A stretch of DNA of 38,977 bases, from the IMG/VR virus record IMGVR_UViG_3300045988_170240. The stretch is one strand, 5' to 3'. The stretch is from a virus. Below the pieces are notes generated by a model that had not been told where the DNA came from, did not search any database, and worked only from the letters and a program-made list of their open reading frames with translations. A program made the translations under genes and the position numbers. This document shows positions 23,751 to 32,768 of this stretch, in pieces. Numbering within the stretch: the stretch's first letter is position 1; every line of letters begins with the position of its first letter.

Positions 23751-24111
23751 AATGAGTATCCATGATATCTCAATAGATACATGGTTAGTCATTTGTAACA
23801 TTGTCTGGGCGCTAGTTGTCTGGGCCATGAAACGCGAGGTCATTATCATAAAAAGTGACCTCATAACTAAAGACGAGTTTGATTCTTATACGTCATTTGA
23901 AGATGCTGAACGTGAATCCTTAAGAAAGGATATGCACGCAATGGAAATAGAAGCTGCTCGAACTAAGGCGATTCTCGAGCAGCTTCCAACCAAGGATGAT
24001 ATTATAGATATCCAGACTCGTTTGCAAACTCTTTCAGAGCATTTAACAGTTGTTGCTGCGTCGTGTCCTTCCGAGTTAAGGTGCTCAGCACGCGATCATC
24101 AACGGTCTTAG
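23740..24111 (+). CDS. Lysis-associated membrane protein: N-terminal TM helix plus charged coiled-coil (i-spanin-like or holin-like), 123 aa
   Basis: TM segment TWLVICNIVWALVVWAM followed by a charged helical region and a C-terminal Cys pair; overlaps the lysozyme stop. Confidence 0.45.
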   Translation: MVRKMSIHDISIDTWLVICNIVWALVVWAMKREVIIIKSDLITKDEFDSYTSFEDAERESLRKDMHAMEIEAARTKAILEQLPTKDDIIDIQTRLQTLSEHLTVVAASCPSELRCSARDHQRS

Positions 24112-25333
24112 GAATTATTATATGGTCGACTAGCACCGGTTTGGTTTGTCCAGGCCGGCGCAGTCGACCATTTAATTGTTGATAGGTTTCGAGGGACCAA
24201 GTAAGTCCAAGCCAGCATATGCGGTGACCGCCATACTGTAGATTAAGGCCGTGGGATAATGAATTGGGGTGACAGAAAAGTACAGGGAGATTTCCTTTGT
24301 TCCATTCATGAACGTACTGCTTAGACAATTCGGTAGGAGTGCCCCCAATAATAGCTGGCGCCTCTGGAAGTCTCTTTCTAATTTCGATAAGTTCACTTCT
24401 AAACTGAATGGGAACGAGCATGGGATCGCCAGCTGCTTCCTCAATTCGGTCAAAGAGGGTATCCACTTTTGCGGTATTATCGAATATAATGTTACGCTGC
24501 TCGTCATAGATAGAACCTTGTAAGAGCTGGCGTAACCGTAATGAGAGTATTCCAGCAGTAGCTGCCGTAAGAGTACTTTCATTTGCAAGAGTCGTAATAA
24601 ATTCTGTCTGAAACTCTTTATATCGTTGCATGGACGCTGGAGGGAGATATGCGGGAATAGATGAAAAGATGTATGGTTCAAGTTTAAGATAGTCATTTGC
24701 ATCCAACCTGAAAGTTATATCTTTAATTTTATCAATCACAATATCCATTGCACCGTCGTTCTCAATCCATATGAATCTATCAATTTGAATATGATAGGTC
24801 ATCATGAATTGAGTTTTCTTTTTTCCAAGGCGCTCTCCATCATCCAAAAGAAAATACTGCGACCACAAATCTCGTACGCCATTTGGTGCGGGAGTTCCTG
24901 ATAGGGCATATGCGCGTTTAAAAAGTCGTTTAAACTCTTTCATGAGTTTGAAGCGTTTAGAACTAGAATCCTTGAGCTTTGTCATTTCATCCCAGATAAT
25001 CATGCCATCACGCATATAATTGGTCATTTCAATGGTCCAAGCCTTGCTCAACCAGTTGATACCATCATAATTTATGATATACACATCAAGACCTGGTTGC
25101 AAGTATCTTGTCTTTCCATGAAGTACTTGATACTTAAGATCAGGTCGCCATTTAGCTATTTCTTCAGGCCACGTAATAGCGGCTACAGTAAGAGGTGCAA
25201 ATATGATTGTGGGACGATCAATCATATGAAGTAGAATTGCGGTCTTTCCCATGCTCATATCGACAGCAAAATATCCTACATCATGGCTATTGCCCCATTC
25301 TACAGCCTTTTTCTGATAATCACGAAGTTCCAT
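24002..25333 (-). CDS. SNF2-family DNA-dependent ATPase/helicase (about 443 aa from ATG 25333; ORF-track start 25399 is a TTG)
   Basis: Motifs DYQ, Walker A DMSMGKT, DEMT (motif II), SGTPAPN (motif III), QLNGRLRRPGQ (motif VI). Confidence 0.75.
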   Translation of the reverse strand: MELRDYQKKAVEWGNSHDVGYFAVDMSMGKTAILLHMIDRPTIIFAPLTVAAITWPEEIAKWRPDLKYQVLHGKTRYLQPGLDVYIINYDGINWLSKAWTIEMTNYMRDGMIIWDEMTKLKDSSSKRFKLMKEFKRLFKRAYALSGTPAPNGVRDLWSQYFLLDDGERLGKKKTQFMMTYHIQIDRFIWIENDGAMDIVIDKIKDITFRLDANDYLKLEPYIFSSIPAYLPPASMQRYKEFQTEFITTLANESTLTAATAGILSLRLRQLLQGSIYDEQRNIIFDNTAKVDTLFDRIEEAAGDPMLVPIQFRSELIEIRKRLPEAPAIIGGTPTELSKQYVHEWNKGNLPVLFCHPNSLSHGLNLQYGGHRICWLGLTWSLETYQQLNGRLRRPGQTKPVLVDHIIIPKTVDDRVLSTLTRKDTTQQQLLNALKEFANESGYL

Positions 25334-25363
25334 AGTGCTTAACTCATTGGTATATATGACAAA

Positions 25364-25450
25364 CTCTATAGAACTCTTCTCAATTTTCACGCGATACAAT
25401 ATTCACGCTTTTCATTTTAAAGAGTTCTATAGAGTTCTATAATTAGTTCA
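25364..25450. promoter_or_regulatory. Second cluster of the AGTTCTATAG-family motif (ctctatagaactc 25364-25376; tandem agagttctat x2 then aattagttca at 25421-25450) between the 118-aa gene and the SNF2 helicase
   Basis: Read directly; same motif family as 2721-2995 and 471-483. Confidence 0.55.
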
Positions 25451-25455
25451 ATAGG

Positions 25456-25812
25456 CTAATCCGAGGATTTTTCGATTCCCAATGCTGTATCAGGTAAAAA
25501 GAGGAAGCAATTTTCAGGACTGAAAGGAAACCGAATATCTTTCCGTCGTAAACGCAATGACAGAACTGGGTATCGCATGATATTGGCTTGAGTCTTCCAC
25601 CAATCAATAAATGACTGGGGCTCGTCCAACCATTTATCACATATCAGATTCTTTTCTGCTAGAGTATATTTGCAGATAAGAGCACGCAAACGCTGTGCAA
25701 GAGCATAAGCTACAGTACTCTTATTGAAAGAATTGCATATCTTACGTGCCTTAGTCACGCGTTCAAGATATTCACCATACCGCTCTTCTTGAATCTTCTT
25801 ATTCGATCTCAT
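25456..25812 (-). CDS. Hypothetical protein (118 aa)
   Basis: ORF with RBS AAGGAGG lying inside the end of the ligase gene. Confidence 0.5.
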   Translation of the reverse strand: MRSNKKIQEERYGEYLERVTKARKICNSFNKSTVAYALAQRLRALICKYTLAEKNLICDKWLDEPQSFIDWWKTQANIMRYPVLSLRLRRKDIRFPFSPENCFLFLPDTALGIEKSSD

Positions 25813-25823
25813 GATATACCTCC

Positions 25824-26993
25824 TTATTTATCAATTCGAATTGTCTTAAGGCGAGGATGACGCATGCTGCCAGCTGGTGTGATTTCTTGGCACGCTACTT
25901 CAACAGTTTGTCCAATAATTTCAGAACGATCTTGGAAAAAAATCGTGCGCTGTGCGTCAGACAACCCGCTACCGACACGAACAGGGACGCCATGAAAGTC
26001 AATAATAACGCCACCAGCCATGCCAGCGTATTTTCCAGTACCTTCAAACACGTCGATAACTTTACAGTCATAGGTGTCCTCGTTTTTGATTTTCATCCAT
26101 GCATGAGAGCGCTTACCAATATAGGTAGCGTCCGGCCATTTTACCATTGCTCCTTCATACCCATCAGATCTGAATTGATTATACAGGTTGAATGCGCCAT
26201 TTTCCGTATTTACCATATAATGAGGCACTAGTTTAATATTACTCGTTTCCTTTACACAGTCAAGAAGAATACCAAGACGGTTATGTAAGGACTCGTCATG
26301 AAAATCAGGTGTATCGAAGACGTTAAACACCACTTCATCAGTCTGAGCAAATGACCGAATATCACCACTCGAATCCTGGAAAGATTTACCAGGTATAAGC
26401 AGCTCACCATCAAGTCTGAAAGAATATTTTTTCAATTCACTCATTACACGGTCAAGGCCTTTCAATTCAAAGCCCTTACGTGACCTGATAGTAGGAGTTT
26501 CACCTGGCATATACATGGCACGCAGGCCATCGAGTTTAGGACTGACATAACAAGGCCAACTAGCCTTTTTCGGGTCGTAAAGGTGAGCGAGAGCGATGGG
26601 AAATTCAGGAACAGTATCAGGTAAGGCGCGATTAATGAGAGTGGCGCCCATTCCAAGACGAAGATCTTTTTCCACCATGCCAGCCAAAAGAAGAGCCGAT
26701 TCATGGGTGAGTGTATTCATATGGTCATAAAAAGCTTTCTTCGCTTCGCGACCTCCTGACTGCCTAAGGCCATTCAAGACTTTGTTGGTATCGGCAGAGA
26801 ATTCATGAAGGCCCAAACCAGAGAAGTTCGACCAATTGACCTTGTTGATATTAAAATGGATGAAGGGCGAATAGGTAGTACGCAAAACCTTTCGCAACTC
26901 AGGATGCTTGCGGAGAAAATCTACTTTAGCGTTGGTGCCACGAGTATTACGCAGTATCCTGAGAGTGTTATACATGTCGTTGGATGAAGTCAT
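25824..26993 (-). CDS. ATP-dependent DNA ligase (389 aa)
   Basis: Adenylation motif KxDG in SPKLDGLRAMY; size typical of phage ATP-dependent ligases. Confidence 0.8.
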   Translation of the reverse strand: MTSSNDMYNTLRILRNTRGTNAKVDFLRKHPELRKVLRTTYSPFIHFNINKVNWSNFSGLGLHEFSADTNKVLNGLRQSGGREAKKAFYDHMNTLTHESALLLAGMVEKDLRLGMGATLINRALPDTVPEFPIALAHLYDPKKASWPCYVSPKLDGLRAMYMPGETPTIRSRKGFELKGLDRVMSELKKYSFRLDGELLIPGKSFQDSSGDIRSFAQTDEVVFNVFDTPDFHDESLHNRLGILLDCVKETSNIKLVPHYMVNTENGAFNLYNQFRSDGYEGAMVKWPDATYIGKRSHAWMKIKNEDTYDCKVIDVFEGTGKYAGMAGGVIIDFHGVPVRVGSGLSDAQRTIFFQDRSEIIGQTVEVACQEITPAGSMRHPRLKTIRIDK

Positions 26994-27270
26994 CTACTTG
27001 CTCCTTGGTAGATAAAGTTTCAATCTTACAATTAAAGCTCTTAATCAAATCATGAACGTATTCTTGAAGTTTACGCAGTTTCTTGCCTGGCGCTTTAAGC
27101 TCTACAAAGATACATCCATGATTTGGAAGAAACACTATTCTATCAGGAACGCCATTTCTTCCTGGAGAAACAAACTTCCAGCATTGACCTCCATGGCGTT
27201 CTACCTCTTGTTTGAGATAGCCTTCTATGCTTATCTCTCGAGTCCGAATGCGTGCAAAAGGTGATTCCAT
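26968..27270 (-). CDS. VRR-NUC domain nuclease (100 aa)
   Basis: Pattern GYLKQEVERHGG...GVPDRIVFLPNHGCIFVELKAPGKK matches the VRR-NUC PD-(D/E)XK signature. Confidence 0.65.
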   Translation of the reverse strand: MESPFARIRTREISIEGYLKQEVERHGGQCWKFVSPGRNGVPDRIVFLPNHGCIFVELKAPGKKLRKLQEYVHDLIKSFNCKIETLSTKEQVDDFIQRHV

Positions 27271-27548
27271 TCTTCTGCCTTCCTGAAAGAAATATAACGT
27301 GTAAAAAGCCGATGAATGACAGAAGTTCTACGCTTGTTTTCAAGCTCGTATTTGAGAAACAGAAGCGTGCCATTCTTGTCTATATTTTTGGTTTGCAGAA
27401 AGATATTGATGTATGTCCAGTTAGACATGATAGCATCAATATCAGGATACACTACCTTAGGGTCTTGGGATATACTTTTCAATTCGTTGGACAAGTTCAC
27501 AAATGGCCTCCTTACGTGCTTCAAGTAATTTAGAGTTATCAATATCAA
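27231..27548 (-). CDS. Hypothetical protein (105 aa or shorter; start uncertain)
   Basis: ORF between the DNA polymerase and VRR-NUC; overlaps neighbouring ORFs; alternative 49-aa ORF at 27457-27606. Confidence 0.3.
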   Translation of the reverse strand: MILITLNYLKHVRRPFVNLSNELKSISQDPKVVYPDIDAIMSNWTYINIFLQTKNIDKNGTLLFLKYELENKRRTSVIHRLFTRYISFRKAEEWNHLLHAFGLER

Positions 27549-27611
27549 TATCGAATTTAAGGTTAAGTATCACTTGTTGTAAATACTTAACATATTCGTT
27601 ATCCATAGCTG

Positions 27612-29555
27612 TTAAGCTTTCTTGTATCGCGGTCCATACCAACCTTCGGCTCTCAAGGGTAGACCTTTTGCCCAGGGCTCGGTGTGACACATACATGTTT
27701 CTAATAATGCAAGACGTTCCTTTGGGTCGTGTTCGAAAGATTCTTCGCATATTACCTCGTCATAAATAGATCCTATAATATTTAAGCCGTTTTCACGACA
27801 CTTAAATTTGCCATCATACAATATATCCCGGCCCAATGCCTGAATGACGTTTTCTGTCAATTTACCTGGAGTGCTATACTGCCGCATGTAAGTCTTAGTG
27901 GTCTGATTCATACCCATATATGACAGAGTGTCGCCGTAGAGACCTGGGGCAATCTTAGGGTCGTAATAATACATAGCACGACCAGAGGGAAGGAGCATCT
28001 GTAGCCAACGATGATTATTACGATCAATAACTACCTTAAACTGAACACGATTTGTTGTAAAGGTATATCCCTCATTTCTAAGAGCATTCATTGCGCATTT
28101 CATGAGAGCATACCACATTTTTACAACAAGGTGATACTTGGTTCTATAAGCTTGAACAATAGTCTGAGCTTCAGACATAGAAAGAATTACGCCAATACGT
28201 TCTGCATAAGCAATAAGCTTTTGTGCGCCCATGCCGTATCCACAACCAAGAATGCCAACTTTACCTGTTTGCCTTTGGTCCTTGACTACTTGTTCATAAG
28301 TCGTATTATAGATTTCTGCGGCCATATCGATATATTGATCGAATTTTTGAGCGAAACGCTGTACTGCCACATAATCTTCAGCAAGCCAGATAAGTAAAAT
28401 ATATTCAATAGCAGAGTAGTCTGCGGCCAGAATATATTTACCATCTGGTGCTTTAATCATTGACCGAATGAGAGCACGAGCAGACTTAACAGGATTACGC
28501 TCGCATATGGAAAAATCAAAATACGCTGCAATCTCGGACTCAACGTCCTTAACACTAGCGCGAGGGAGATTAAGCAACTGAAAACCCATACCAGTAATGC
28601 GACCGGTGTGGGCACCGTAGTATCGACTGTTATCGTGCATGCGGCCATTATGTTCCATAGACATAATGCGCTTATACTTTCCGATCGAAGACAAGCCAAG
28701 GGAAGCGCGCAGTTCAATAAGGCTAACAACAGAATCAGGCAATTCAAGAAAGTGTTCATCATTCATTACCTTTTCTAACTTGTCAGCTGTAAGGCTTTCC
28801 AGGAATTCATATCCCATAACCTCATTGATAAATTCTTTTATGCGTTTAACCTGAGTTATCTTTGTAACTTTGCCATTGGTAATGTCTGGCAGAATATTGT
28901 TCTGCTCTTCCATATACACAGTAGTTACTTCAAGGATCTTGGCTGCTTCATCAACCGCCATGGGAAGCCCTGTCGCGTTAATATCACAGTTAAGTTCCCA
29001 TATGGCTTGTTCTCGTTTAGAAAGAGAAGAAGAGGGCAGTGCAGCCAATAGTGCCTTAGTAGAAGTAACGTCCTGCATGTTATACATGACGTAACGGTCC
29101 CACTGAGGGCCTGTAAGAATGGTACTTGCGAGATGTTTAGGTACGGTACAAAAGTGTTTAATGAGAGAAGAACCCGCAGAATCTTTAACTTGCTGTGGAC
29201 ACATGACTGCTGTGGCTTTTTCAAGAGATTGCGGTAATCCATAGCGTCCACAGACCGCCTGAACGTCAATAAAGTCATGAGGAGTAACCTCCAAGCCCAG
29301 AATATAATGGATGACGTCCATTTCAAACTGGGCATTAAAAGCTACAATCTTTGCTTGCTTAGTTATGACGTATTCACTTATCGCTTTAGCAAATGATTGA
29401 AAGCCAGTATGCACTGTTTCAGTTATCATTGGCTCGTCATCAATTTGAAAGGAACAAATTTGGACATAGGTAGAAGGGTGGTGCATATATCGCGCACGAC
29501 CTTCTACCATAAGATCCACATCTGAACCTGTTTCAAAGTCAAGATATATGTGCAT
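27612..29555 (-). CDS. Family-A DNA polymerase with N-terminal 3'-5' exonuclease (about 647 aa from ATG 29555)
   Basis: Exo I YLDFETGSD; Pol A motif A DYSAIEYIL; motif B RQTGKVGILGCGYGMG; motif C SIYDEV. Confidence 0.85.
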   Translation of the reverse strand: MHIYLDFETGSDVDLMVEGRARYMHHPSTYVQICSFQIDDEPMITETVHTGFQSFAKAISEYVITKQAKIVAFNAQFEMDVIHYILGLEVTPHDFIDVQAVCGRYGLPQSLEKATAVMCPQQVKDSAGSSLIKHFCTVPKHLASTILTGPQWDRYVMYNMQDVTSTKALLAALPSSSLSKREQAIWELNCDINATGLPMAVDEAAKILEVTTVYMEEQNNILPDITNGKVTKITQVKRIKEFINEVMGYEFLESLTADKLEKVMNDEHFLELPDSVVSLIELRASLGLSSIGKYKRIMSMEHNGRMHDNSRYYGAHTGRITGMGFQLLNLPRASVKDVESEIAAYFDFSICERNPVKSARALIRSMIKAPDGKYILAADYSAIEYILLIWLAEDYVAVQRFAQKFDQYIDMAAEIYNTTYEQVVKDQRQTGKVGILGCGYGMGAQKLIAYAERIGVILSMSEAQTIVQAYRTKYHLVVKMWYALMKCAMNALRNEGYTFTTNRVQFKVVIDRNNHRWLQMLLPSGRAMYYYDPKIAPGLYGDTLSYMGMNQTTKTYMRQYSTPGKLTENVIQALGRDILYDGKFKCRENGLNIIGSIYDEVICEESFEHDPKERLALLETCMCHTEPWAKGLPLRAEGWYGPRYKKA

Positions 29556-29576
29556 AGAGGCTACTCCCATTACGTA

Positions 29577-29837
29577 TTAGTGATAATTGAAATGACTGCG
29601 GCCAAATGCGCGTACAGCTATGTAATAGAGTTGTGCACGAATGCCGTGCCCCATGCGCTTCATGCAGTCCCTGAGAGCTTTATCCGCTTCTTTGCGGTCT
29701 GCTTCAGTACCACCCCAGTTGTACGCTTCATCATGCTTGTTACAACACCCTTCCCACGCAGGTGGTGTGCCAAGAACTTTTCTCCAAAACTTGGATATTC
29801 CAGCGGAACATCCATCGCCCTTTTCAACAATTGCCAT
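29577..29837 (-). CDS. Phospholipase-A2-like small protein (86 aa)
   Basis: Motif GCCNKHDEAY matches the PLA2 catalytic CCxxHDxxY signature; RBS AGGAGA. Confidence 0.45.
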   Translation of the reverse strand: MAIVEKGDGCSAGISKFWRKVLGTPPAWEGCCNKHDEAYNWGGTEADRKEADKALRDCMKRMGHGIRAQLYYIAVRAFGRSHFNYH

Positions 29838-29875
29838 AATCTCTCCTACAAATTTTGTAGAAAGGTGGATAAAAG

Positions 29876-29907
29876 AAAGGCCGGTAACTCGTGGGTGCTA
29901 CCGGCCT
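29876..29907 (-). terminator. Rho-independent terminator after the SSB gene (10-bp perfect stem aaggccggta / taccggcctt, then TCTTTTAT on the - strand)
   Basis: Read directly; 10 nt downstream of the SSB stop. Confidence 0.55.
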
Positions 29908-29916
29908 TTGTATTAG

Positions 29917-30492
29917 TTATTGCAGATCATCATCGCCGGCCGGCTCAGTATCAGCCACACCAGCAAATACCGATGTAGCGTCGCCAGAGCGTCCATCGAG
30001 TCGGTCATCGTCGCGGCGCTTCATGATATTGTTCAATCCGCATCCGACGCCGATGGATCCGCTGTTGTTGAACGGGAAGAAGTTGCAATCAACCATGGCC
30101 CATACGCCACTATAAATCGCGCCTTCTTCGAAGATGGGCTTGGCATACCGGTCAACGATTCCCGGCTTGTCATTGGAAGACGCCGACACGAACATGTGGC
30201 CACGATAAGAGGCTCGCGAATCCTTCTTGTCATCCGTAGCTATTTCGTAATAGGCGTCGCCATCACGAAGAGGATACTTGAACGTGGGATTCTGGGACCC
30301 GGCCTTGTTGAACTTGCCCTTCTGGATACCCTTTTCAATGGCCGCGTCGATCTGGCGCTTGAACCAATCGATGGCGTCCTTGTTGGTCTTGGGAATCAGG
30401 ATACCAACAGAGTACTTCAGAACGCCACTCTGATTGGCTTTGGGTTCATCAACGGACACGTACGTAAGGCGAACTTCGGGAGTGATAGCCAT
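29917..30492 (-). CDS. Putative single-stranded DNA-binding protein (gp2.5-like, 191 aa) with an acidic C-terminal tail
   Basis: Position in the replication module; acidic C-terminus ...EPAGDDDLQ; leader contains the direct repeat GTTTGTCAGA x2 (30504-30529). Confidence 0.4.
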   Translation of the reverse strand: MAITPEVRLTYVSVDEPKANQSGVLKYSVGILIPKTNKDAIDWFKRQIDAAIEKGIQKGKFNKAGSQNPTFKYPLRDGDAYYEIATDDKKDSRASYRGHMFVSASSNDKPGIVDRYAKPIFEEGAIYSGVWAMVDCNFFPFNNSGSIGVGCGLNNIMKRRDDDRLDGRSGDATSVFAGVADTEPAGDDDLQ

Positions 30493-30549
30493 AATACTCT
30501 CCAGTTTGTCAGATTGAGGTTTGTCAGAATGTTTGCGTGCAGTCTGACG

Positions 30550-30942
30550 TTAGCGAGTTTTGCTATAGCCAAGTTTGATGCGCTCATAATTGATGTGCAT
30601 CTTTCTCTTGAACACATCCTCAACTTGCTCCCACGACAGCGAGTTGTTTTCCATAAATGCGCCCAAGAAGAAAAGTATATCAACCACCTCTTCCGCCATA
30701 TTGTCCATATTGTAGGACTTATAGCCCAACGGACGCCAAGGCTTCCAAGGGGTAGATTCTTGCAGTTCGGTCACTTCATTATGAAGCGCCGCAATCAGTT
30801 GATTGTTCATATCGCGCCGGTCAATAGCAGACCGTACAGTAGAGTTCTGATCTTCCTTGGCAATCGGATAACCAAGGATCTCATGATACTCTTTAATCAT
30901 CGCGAACATATTTGCCGCAGTGAGAGACTTTTCAGTTTCCAT
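30550..30942 (-). CDS. MazG-like nucleotide pyrophosphohydrolase (about 130 aa from the internal ATG)
   Basis: All-alpha NTP-PPase-like acidic motifs HNEVTELQE and EEVVDILFFLGAF. Confidence 0.45.
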   Translation of the reverse strand: METEKSLTAANMFAMIKEYHEILGYPIAKEDQNSTVRSAIDRRDMNNQLIAALHNEVTELQESTPWKPWRPLGYKSYNMDNMAEEVVDILFFLGAFMENNSLSWEQVEDVFKRKMHINYERIKLGYSKTR

Positions 30943-31369
30943 AGCTAAGCCCCATATGTATCCATGTATCTTCAGGCCGTACACGTGACCACAAACCATG
31001 ACCGGTTTTGTTATGATTGGTCTCATTCACGAACAGCACTTTAGTACATCCAGCATTTATAAGTGCCGCAGTACATTGGATACATGGTTCGAGTGTGCAA
31101 TATGCCACAAAAGGTACATTGCTTGACCGCTGAATGAGGGCGTTTATTTCGGCGTGCACAGCATAGCAAGGCAGGCCGTCATTCTTAACACAACAATTCT
31201 CATCGCAGCAGTTGAACACGCCTTTGGGATTGCCGTTGTAGCCTGTAGACAGAATATTGCCTGTCTTCTCGTCTACCAGCACGCATCCGACCTGCTTGTC
31301 AATACAAGTAGACCGCTGCGCGACTGCCGTAGCTACTTGGATATAATACTGGTGACGGGAGATCCGCAT
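30932..31369 (-). CDS. dCMP deaminase (145 aa from ATG 31369)
   Basis: Zinc-binding motifs HAEINAL and PCIQCTAALINAG (CDA fold H(A/C)E ... PCxxC). Confidence 0.8.
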   Translation of the reverse strand: MRISRHQYYIQVATAVAQRSTCIDKQVGCVLVDEKTGNILSTGYNGNPKGVFNCCDENCCVKNDGLPCYAVHAEINALIQRSSNVPFVAYCTLEPCIQCTAALINAGCTKVLFVNETNHNKTGHGLWSRVRPEDTWIHMGLSYGN

Positions 31370-32001
31370 GACATCTTTCCCTGGTTGCAGCGGCCATTGT
31401 GCATAAAGCAGTATGGCCCGATCATTGAGAACAGTTCGGGAAACCAGTCGCAGCACATAGAGTGCATAGCCGCGGCCAACATCTGCATTTCCTGAACGTT
31501 GCGGTGACAAAGCCGGAGCTGCAAGAAGTTAATGAGTGAGCGTGCGTTCATGGTCACAACCACATTGACGCCGGCGCTCATGGGAAGCAGCATACGAGCT
31601 TCTTCTTTTGCTTCACCATCCTGCATAAGAAGAGCATACGCGTTTACAGCTTCAGCATGCGCCTTTTGTATGCGTTCATCATTGACCATATAAGGATGCA
31701 CAAAGCAGTCATAGGACGTATAATCCTGATAATGCTGACTGCTGGACGTGTAAGATGCAATACGATGCCGCACATGCTGATCAAAGCAAGCCCGAGATAC
31801 GTCGGTAATGCGGAAGCAAATGACCGCGTGTTCCACAGGATTGAGATGATCAGCCGAGATCAAGAACGATAATAGAGCACTCGGATTTCCCTTGATCTCG
31901 GGGTTCTTCTTCATCGTTTGCTGGGCAGCCAGGGCAACCACATTTGCAGGATACGGGGTCGACCATATTACTTGGGCTTTCGGGGCATACGGCTTCAGCA
32001 T
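31333..32001 (-). CDS. thyX: FAD-dependent thymidylate synthase ThyX (222 aa from ATG 32001, RBS AAGGAG)
   Basis: ThyX signature RHRIASYTSSS (RHR-x7-S). Confidence 0.8.
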   Translation of the reverse strand: MLKPYAPKAQVIWSTPYPANVVALAAQQTMKKNPEIKGNPSALLSFLISADHLNPVEHAVICFRITDVSRACFDQHVRHRIASYTSSSQHYQDYTSYDCFVHPYMVNDERIQKAHAEAVNAYALLMQDGEAKEEARMLLPMSAGVNVVVTMNARSLINFLQLRLCHRNVQEMQMLAAAMHSMCCDWFPELFSMIGPYCFMHNGRCNQGKMSCGSPVTSIISK

Positions 32002-32617
32002 TTTCGTATTCTCCTTCGATTGTGTGATAAACAGGATGATAGACCCGCAGGCCATGAAAACGTGGTGATTTCACGTAATTATCGCCGTAATTGCATGCTT
32101 TACACATGCGCCCTTTAGGACGAGAAGACCATTCGCAGGTATCACAGCCCTTAATTACAAACTGTTCTACCGCATGGTCATAAGGATATCCACAATCTTT
32201 GACTACAAAGTTGTTGTCACCCTCATCATTGTTCTTGTAGTATGTACATGCAACGCACTTGTTATTGGTAACAAGATTGTTGCTCAGTGCACTATATACA
32301 CAATTTTTGCACCCCATTTCGACAGACTTTGCACTATCATTTTTGGGATTACACGCGAACCAATGCAGAAACATAGCATTAGCTGCAATATGAGCAAGGT
32401 GAGACTGACCCGATTCAGGATCATTCATCTCACCGCGCTCGAAGGCATTCAGATGACGATGCAGAGCATCAAGATAGCGCCGATGTGCGTTATCTGTAGT
32501 TTTCCAGTCCTCAGGCCCGTATTTTTCCGCGCCCATGGTAAGAACCTTTGCTAGCTCAAGAGCAAACTTAGGTTCAATAAGCGAGAAAAGGGGCTTTCCA
32601 GAATCAAATTTCGACAT
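31850..32617 (-). CDS. dATP/dGTP pyrophosphohydrolase-like N-terminal domain fused to a Cys-rich (putative Zn-binding) C-terminal domain (255 aa)
   Basis: N-terminal KPLFSLIEPKFALELAKVLTMGAEKYGPEDWK...HLAHIAANAMFLHWF; C-terminal multiple CxxC pairs; the 3' 150 nt overlap thyX in another frame. Confidence 0.4.
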   Translation of the reverse strand: MSKFDSGKPLFSLIEPKFALELAKVLTMGAEKYGPEDWKTTDNAHRRYLDALHRHLNAFERGEMNDPESGQSHLAHIAANAMFLHWFACNPKNDSAKSVEMGCKNCVYSALSNNLVTNNKCVACTYYKNNDEGDNNFVVKDCGYPYDHAVEQFVIKGCDTCEWSSRPKGRMCKACNYGDNYVKSPRFHGLRVYHPVYHTIEGEYENAEAVCPESPSNMVDPVSCKCGCPGCPANDEEEPRDQGKSECSIIVLDLG

Positions 32618-32664
32618 ATTAAGCTCCTCTACAACATTTGTTGGAGATTAAAACATCTTTTAAA

Positions 32665-32751
32665 GCCCGCCCGAGAGCAGCCTTATACTCGGGCGGGCAG
32701 CCATAAGGTGGCGATTATGACGTGATTAAAGCGGCTTCCGTCATAATCGCC
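32665..32751 (-). terminator. Two tandem GC-rich perfect hairpins (11-bp stem 32665-32698; 13-bp stem 32710-32751) after the HTH gene; the distal one is followed by TTTAAAAGATGTTTT on the - strand
   Basis: Stems gcccgcccgag / ctcgggcgggc and ggcgattatgacg / cgtcataatcgcc read directly. Confidence 0.45.
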
Positions 32752-32768
32752 ATGCTCATGACTGGACC

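Noticed and set aside
29920-30948. 342-aa ORF on the + strand
   Set aside because: Antisense to the SSB and MazG-like genes, which have motifs and RBSs. Arg/Leu-rich junk translation.
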